Positions 59,321 through 64,000 of a stretch of DNA of 64,000 nucleotides are shown here, in pieces. The notes under the pieces are model-generated. The model was not told the DNA's origin, made no database searches, and worked only from the letters and a program-made list of their open reading frames with translations. Each line of letters begins with the position of its first letter. Positions within the stretch are counted from its first letter, which is position 1. Both the position numbers and the translations under genes were made by a program. Origin of the DNA: Setoptus koraiensis (taxonomy: Eukaryota > Animalia > Arthropoda); contig CM106586.1 in NCBI GenBank assembly GCA_048013815.1, positions 1,178,001-1,242,000 of the forward strand, read 5' to 3'.

Positions 59321-62300
59321 TCACGACAGTTCAAAGCCAGCATTACTTCTAATGGCATAACGTAATTTTTCCCTGAGAGTGCTGCGTCTTTGATAATTGG
59401 GCAGTTTCAGCAAATTGAAACAGGTAGAAGAAGTGGGCAATCTGTCCACTGGATCAGATCGACGAATTGCAAAAAATCCCCTGAGCACCGAACCAACAGT
59501 ATCGCCTAGATCTTGATCATCGCTAACCTCTACGCAACGAATTGTAAATGGTGGCTCCAGATTGGCGAAACCCAATAGTGGCGGCTTCGAGCAGCTTGTA
59601 ATGAATTTCAAGAACATCCTATGCTCTTCGGCGTTGAAATCCTTCTCCAGTATATCCCAAAGCCAGTTGATGACACGATGATTACTGTGGAAGCCACCAA
59701 AATATTTAGTATGTTTCCTGAGATCGGCTATATCAATTGGATTGTTGTCGCCACTTATAAGACGTTGCAATTCGGGCGTTGAAAACATGGAAATCCATTC
59801 CGGATTGATGATGGCTCGAAAGCCTCTGATGAAGGCGGCCGTTTGTTCGTGTATCTGGCGATGCATACGAAATTTCGCTACAGAATGAATATATTTCACC
59901 CGGGTGTCTTTTGTGACGGGATTGGATCTGCCGCCCGGCTCTAGTTCATAAGTGACTATTTTGCCTAAAATATCTTGATCAATTGAAAAAGTCAGCTCTA
60001 GTTCTGATACGTCGCCTTCGTAATGTTTTATGTAAGTGAGACTTTTGTACAATTCTGGATCTAACGAGGGCAATTCGTCAATCCAAGAGTAGAGTAAACT
60101 TTGCTGCTGACCAAGAACTTGACTGAGAAAAAATGACGCAAATGGTACATCAACTACAATGCCCTCGTAAACAGCCTTACCTAACATCTTTCCAACGAAT
60201 TCGAATAGAGACAAATGATCTCTGTGTAAATGTGATGTTGGCGATGGATATAAACGCTGTTCGCTTGTTGACTTGAACAAATTCAAAGTTGGATCAAAAA
60301 CACGCTTGATTGTGTCTTCGAGAAATTCTTTAAATACACCATCCTGATCAACACCAGCCTCGTCGAGTCCTTGCTCATTGATAAACTTCACTCTTATAAG
60401 ACCTTTCAAAGCGTTCGGTGGTAGTCGAGCCAATTGTTGATACCCGTTTTCCACGACACGAGATCTGTGTATCGTTATCTGAGTAGATGGACCAGAGAAT
60501 GCGACTGCCTTATCATTGCTTACGTAACGCCTGAATATAAGCACCCTTTCTTTGTGTGGCAATACGTGTGGTATCATTTTCATGATGGTGGTCGCAGATA
60601 ATTTTCCAGTTTCTAAATCTTTAAGGAATGACGATATCTTGGTATCTTTGATCAACCAGAAATTAGCTGGTGCGAAATTTCTACGACAATCACGCTTGTA
60701 GAGGACCATTAACAAAGTATGTGTTGCTGTCAAAAGGGTGTCAGGTTGTTGAGGTTGTTTGCTGCTCTGAGTGATTAAGTTGTTCCAAATGACACGAAAA
60801 ACAAAATTGTTTAGGAATCCTGAGATAGCTTTAAGATCTTCTAGGCAAAAAGGTTTTTGTTTCTCATAAACTTCTGTATCATCTAAAATACTAATAAGGT
60901 GGGTGGCGCATTCACAAAACAGAATCAAAATGTGAAATTCTGGTGCATTCGTTTTTGTGTGAATTGTTAGGTGATCTAAGAATGCTTTAAGTCCATTATT
61001 TGGTCCCAATGACCTGATGAAATGCCAGAGATTCGGTAGTACAAAATCATGTAGACATAGTCCTGCTAGTATATCACGTTTTATCTCAGTTAAAGTGTTC
61101 AGACACGTATGGTACATGTAGCATACTAATGCTACACTATTTGTTGATGGCGACATGAGTTTATTGTTAGACAGAGGTCCAGATGAGCTCGACGATTTCA
61201 CGTAAGTATTTCCAATAGATTTATTCATAGTGGAAGTAGCTCGTTCGACAACTTTCCTAATGAAATTGAATGATGTCGTAGAAGAAGTGTCAGCGTTGAA
61301 CCTCAAGGAATTATATCTACCAGTTACGGATTGTTTAGAAGACGATCTAGATTGAATATTGTATTTTGCTTGAGCTGGCATCTCGCTGATAGCATTTTTA
61401 CCATAATACAGCTCGTTAGCCTCTATCGTGTCTGTGAATAAAATCTTGATGAATCTTATATTCCATAAGTAATATAATTGAGATTTAACAATTTCTATTG
61501 ATTCGTGTGTTGTTGAGTCAACGTTTTGTGAAAACCAACCTAAAATTGGATGCCAATGAGTGAGACTGGATTGATTGGTCACTACGTAGCCTTTAAAATG
61601 TTCCAGGATTTTTGTGACAATTATGACAAAGTCACATCTTATCTCTTTGAGATTATCTAAATTGGTCATAGCAAAATGAACTAAATTAGCCAACAAAGAC
61701 ACTGTGGGATTAACCTCTGATGTGTTAACAATCATTCTAAAGTCTTGTTCTAGCATCATGGTACTTATTATGCGTCGCAAAATATTATGTAAGTGTAATA
61801 GATTTAAGGTACTCAAAGATAGTCTCTCCAAGTGATGAATAAGGCATGGTATACTGATTATATTGACTATAAACAGATGAGTTATTTTTTTATCGAATGA
61901 GTTGTCAATCAATGGTTTAAGGGTTATTTTCAGACATAGCTCGATCAGTTGCCGTTGGTGGTATGCGTTGCTTCTTTTTAATATCTTTGATATGATGAAA
62001 TTGAGCCTCTCATAGAGTGATGCTTTGTCTATAAGATCTTGTAATAGATCACGGCACAATTTGTCACATTTTTCTTTGGTTAGTTGCGCTGATTCATGAT
62101 TATAATCAATAAGATCCAAGTTCCAAAGATCAGTAGATGAAAATAAATCTATCATTCTGATGTAGATCATTGTGTCATTAACATTTAGCTGAGATTCTTT
62201 TGAGATATTTTCGAGATAAATGCAGCATTGATGCAAAATCTTTTTCATGTTACCACACCATGCTGAAGTTTGTTGTTCATTTAATGCTATGGTGGCAAAG

Positions 62301-62695
62301 TTTATATATTTGATGTTATTGGTATCGTCCAATTGATCAAGAGACTTCACGACAGCGGCGGTGTGTTCATTAAGCATTGAGTTAATCACATAGTTGCAAA
62401 TAATATCAAATGATGGCTTGTCTCTGATCGGATTGAAATTAAACATAAGCTTCCGGGAGGCGCGATAAACATGTGGCAAGAGATTGGTATCGGTGGTTGC
62501 TTTAAATGAGTCTATTGTTGTTGTGAGGTTTTGTCTCAAATGAATTCGTTGTTTATAAGATCTGTAGAAGGCCTGGATTTTAGTTACAGCGATCGCTTGT
62601 TTACGTTTCATTTCTCTGTTCTGACGAGCCTCAAGAGCTTGCTTGAGGAAACTCTCACGCTCGTCGGCACTGTTTTTTGTGGATCCCGTAAACAT
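59321..62695 (-). CDS. UBE3B: HECT E3 ubiquitin ligase UBE3B, intronless 1124 aa
   Basis: N-terminal IQ-like motif (AVTKIQAFYRSY). HECT domain with GLDEAGVDQDGVFKEFLE, FEFVGKMLGKAVYEG and catalytic LPTSSTCFNLLKLPNY..LRYAIRSNAGFELS. Confidence 0.95.
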   Translation of the reverse strand: MFTGSTKNSADERESFLKQALEARQNREMKRKQAIAVTKIQAFYRSYKQRIHLRQNLTTTIDSFKATTDTNLLPHVYRASRKLMFNFNPIRDKPSFDIICNYVINSMLNEHTAAVVKSLDQLDDTNNIKYINFATIALNEQQTSAWCGNMKKILHQCCIYLENISKESQLNVNDTMIYIRMIDLFSSTDLWNLDLIDYNHESAQLTKEKCDKLCRDLLQDLIDKASLYERLNFIISKILKRSNAYHQRQLIELCLKITLKPLIDNSFDKKITHLFIVNIISIPCLIHHLERLSLSTLNLLHLHNILRRIISTMMLEQDFRMIVNTSEVNPTVSLLANLVHFAMTNLDNLKEIRCDFVIIVTKILEHFKGYVVTNQSSLTHWHPILGWFSQNVDSTTHESIEIVKSQLYYLWNIRFIKILFTDTIEANELYYGKNAISEMPAQAKYNIQSRSSSKQSVTGRYNSLRFNADTSSTTSFNFIRKVVERATSTMNKSIGNTYVKSSSSSGPLSNNKLMSPSTNSVALVCYMYHTCLNTLTEIKRDILAGLCLHDFVLPNLWHFIRSLGPNNGLKAFLDHLTIHTKTNAPEFHILILFCECATHLISILDDTEVYEKQKPFCLEDLKAISGFLNNFVFRVIWNNLITQSSKQPQQPDTLLTATHTLLMVLYKRDCRRNFAPANFWLIKDTKISSFLKDLETGKLSATTIMKMIPHVLPHKERVLIFRRYVSNDKAVAFSGPSTQITIHRSRVVENGYQQLARLPPNALKGLIRVKFINEQGLDEAGVDQDGVFKEFLEDTIKRVFDPTLNLFKSTSEQRLYPSPTSHLHRDHLSLFEFVGKMLGKAVYEGIVVDVPFASFFLSQVLGQQQSLLYSWIDELPSLDPELYKSLTYIKHYEGDVSELELTFSIDQDILGKIVTYELEPGGRSNPVTKDTRVKYIHSVAKFRMHRQIHEQTAAFIRGFRAIINPEWISMFSTPELQRLISGDNNPIDIADLRKHTKYFGGFHSNHRVINWLWDILEKDFNAEEHRMFLKFITSCSKPPLLGFANLEPPFTIRCVEVSDDQDLGDTVGSVLRGFFAIRRSDPVDRLPTSSTCFNLLKLPNYQRRSTLREKLRYAIRSNAGFELS

Positions 62696-63500
62696 TGTGT
62701 GGCGATATTATTGTCGAGAGCAACCAGGCTAGGAAAAGAATATCATGTTTAGCGTCAGTACGGTGTGTTAATATGGCCGACCAGAATATACCAGTAGGTA
62801 ATAATATCTTAAGCGAATATGATGATGGTTAATAAATTAGACTGGAGGCATAGCCAGAGTGCCAACATTAAGCGTAAATTATGTATTGATAATTTTTACT
62901 TTGTTGCTCTCGCCAACATGTTCAATTTTTTAGCATGTGGTTAAAATTTTGACTTGTCGTTGCGACATATATTGCGACGTGTGATAACAGTGTTAATGAT
63001 ATTGTATAGTTATCATCGGTCTCTTGGAATGAATCTGTGGCCCAACGTTTTGTATGTCCTTCGACTGGCTATCCACTGCCTGGCATGTTATTATTGATGA
63101 CGATGATTGATCGAATAAACAGGAGAGTGACATCAGCAGTGTTAAATGGATGGTGCTCACCAAATATAGATGTTTCTCTTTGTTTAAAGATAGCAATCAA
63201 GCTCTAATAATTGTTGACATCAGCAGATATTGCATATTTATTGATTATTTAATTACAATGATACAAAAACATGATGGCAACATTACACTGGATAATGTTG
63301 ACAATTCAGTTACGGAATTTCCGTAGCTTTTATTGTTGTTGTTGTTGTTATTGTTGTTGTCTACTATGTCGACACCGTCCGTCTGCTTGTGCGTCTACTT
63401 ATCTGGCCTTCACCCAATGCTTTACTGTGTTTGCGTGTGTGTACATAAGAAAGTATTTTTAGTACAGCATATTCCAAGAGTAGTGCAGAAGGAATTCTTC

Positions 63501-63894
63501 GTCTCTGTTCACTTGATACAAACAACATGTGACATTGTGCAAAAAATCAGAGACCGCAGTGCTGACATTCGATTAATCACTGACAAAAGGCCCAGGTAAA
63601 TTGACCATCACATTCAATGGAACACTTAACGATAGAATGAAAGGATTCTGCCGAAGTAGATATGTAGCTGGAAATGGTCAATACAGATACACGGCAGTAA
63701 CTCACTTTTACTTTTGCAAGCTGCTGGTGACAAACCGATTTTTGAGGTTATGGCTCAATGGACTAAACAGAAAGGATTTCCATGATTGGCAGTGAGCTGC
63801 AAAGCTGAGGGAAAATCTGTCACTCTAACTGTCACTCAGAAAAAAATTGCATCAAATAGAGAATTAGCAACAGATGAAGTCGATATACACGAAA
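63501..63894 (+). pseudogene. Fragmented puromycin-sensitive aminopeptidase (M1, NPEPPS-like) relic
   Basis: 63580-63708 reads LTKGPGKLTITFNGTLNDRMKGFCRSRY..QYRYTAVTHF (cf. PSA L.I.F.GELNDKMKGFYRSKY..RYAAVTQF). After a frameshift, 63714-63846 reads LQAAGDKPIFEVMAQWTKQKGFP*LAV..LTVTQKK (cf. LENASGKPIAAVMNTWTKQMGFPLIYV..LSQKKF). A weaker first piece, QTTCDIV..SADIRLI, begins near 63501. Confidence 0.8.
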
Positions 63895-64000
63895 TACCCG
63901 CTCAGTGTTGACCTACCTCTAATGAAGTTGAAATCTTTAGAGGTCGTCCATGAGCTAAATATAAATTATGACTCGACAGTCGAGTTGAATCAGGCCGAGA
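63895..64000 (+). repeat. Exact duplicate of SMG5 coding segment 57690-57795, running off the window end
   Basis: 106/106 nt identical by direct comparison (tacccgctcagtgttgacc...caggccgaga). Confidence 0.95.

Noticed and set aside
63783-63785. In-frame TGA in the aminopeptidase relic as possible selenocysteine/readthrough
   Set aside because: The aligned residue is not Cys, no SECIS was seen, and the surrounding frameshifts indicate a pseudogene.

Overview
Compact, AT-rich eukaryotic genomic DNA. It is most consistent with an acariform mite, possibly an eriophyoid. This is an inference from a chelicerate OBP-like gene, a SicTox-like phospholipase D, dense gene packing and intronless versions of normally intron-rich genes. 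About 21 protein-coding genes are supported: a highly degenerate ADMP-like TGF-beta gene, UBF, a PY-motif/poly-Cys membrane protein, sphingomyelinase D-like PLD, a small secreted peptide, MED18, SLC35D, OBP-like, alpha-SNAP, LSM5, RPS27A, NSA2, a mucin-stalk trypsin-like protease, PEBP, NAPE-PLD, GALNT, ABHD16A, ENY2, SMG5, TPK1 and UBE3B. There are also deletion-eroded gene relics (NAPE-PLD, puromycin-sensitive aminopeptidase) and an exact copy of part of SMG5 at the window end. The first ~12 kb has no recognisable coding sequence. The most interesting observations are five. (1) An intact, spliced ADMP-like gene whose ligand domain has lost the cystine-knot ring, the W-x-x-W motif and any furin site, and has gained ~70 aa. 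(2) A ubiquitin moiety with substitutions at both residues of the E24/G53 peptide-flip switch. (3) An SMG5 that stops before its PIN domain. (4) Duplicated segments apparently being eroded by microhomology-bounded deletions. (5) A secreted SicTox-like PLD with a basic C-terminal tail. All family calls come from motif recognition by eye; no database search was run. No tRNA, rRNA, CRISPR array or intact transposon was found.
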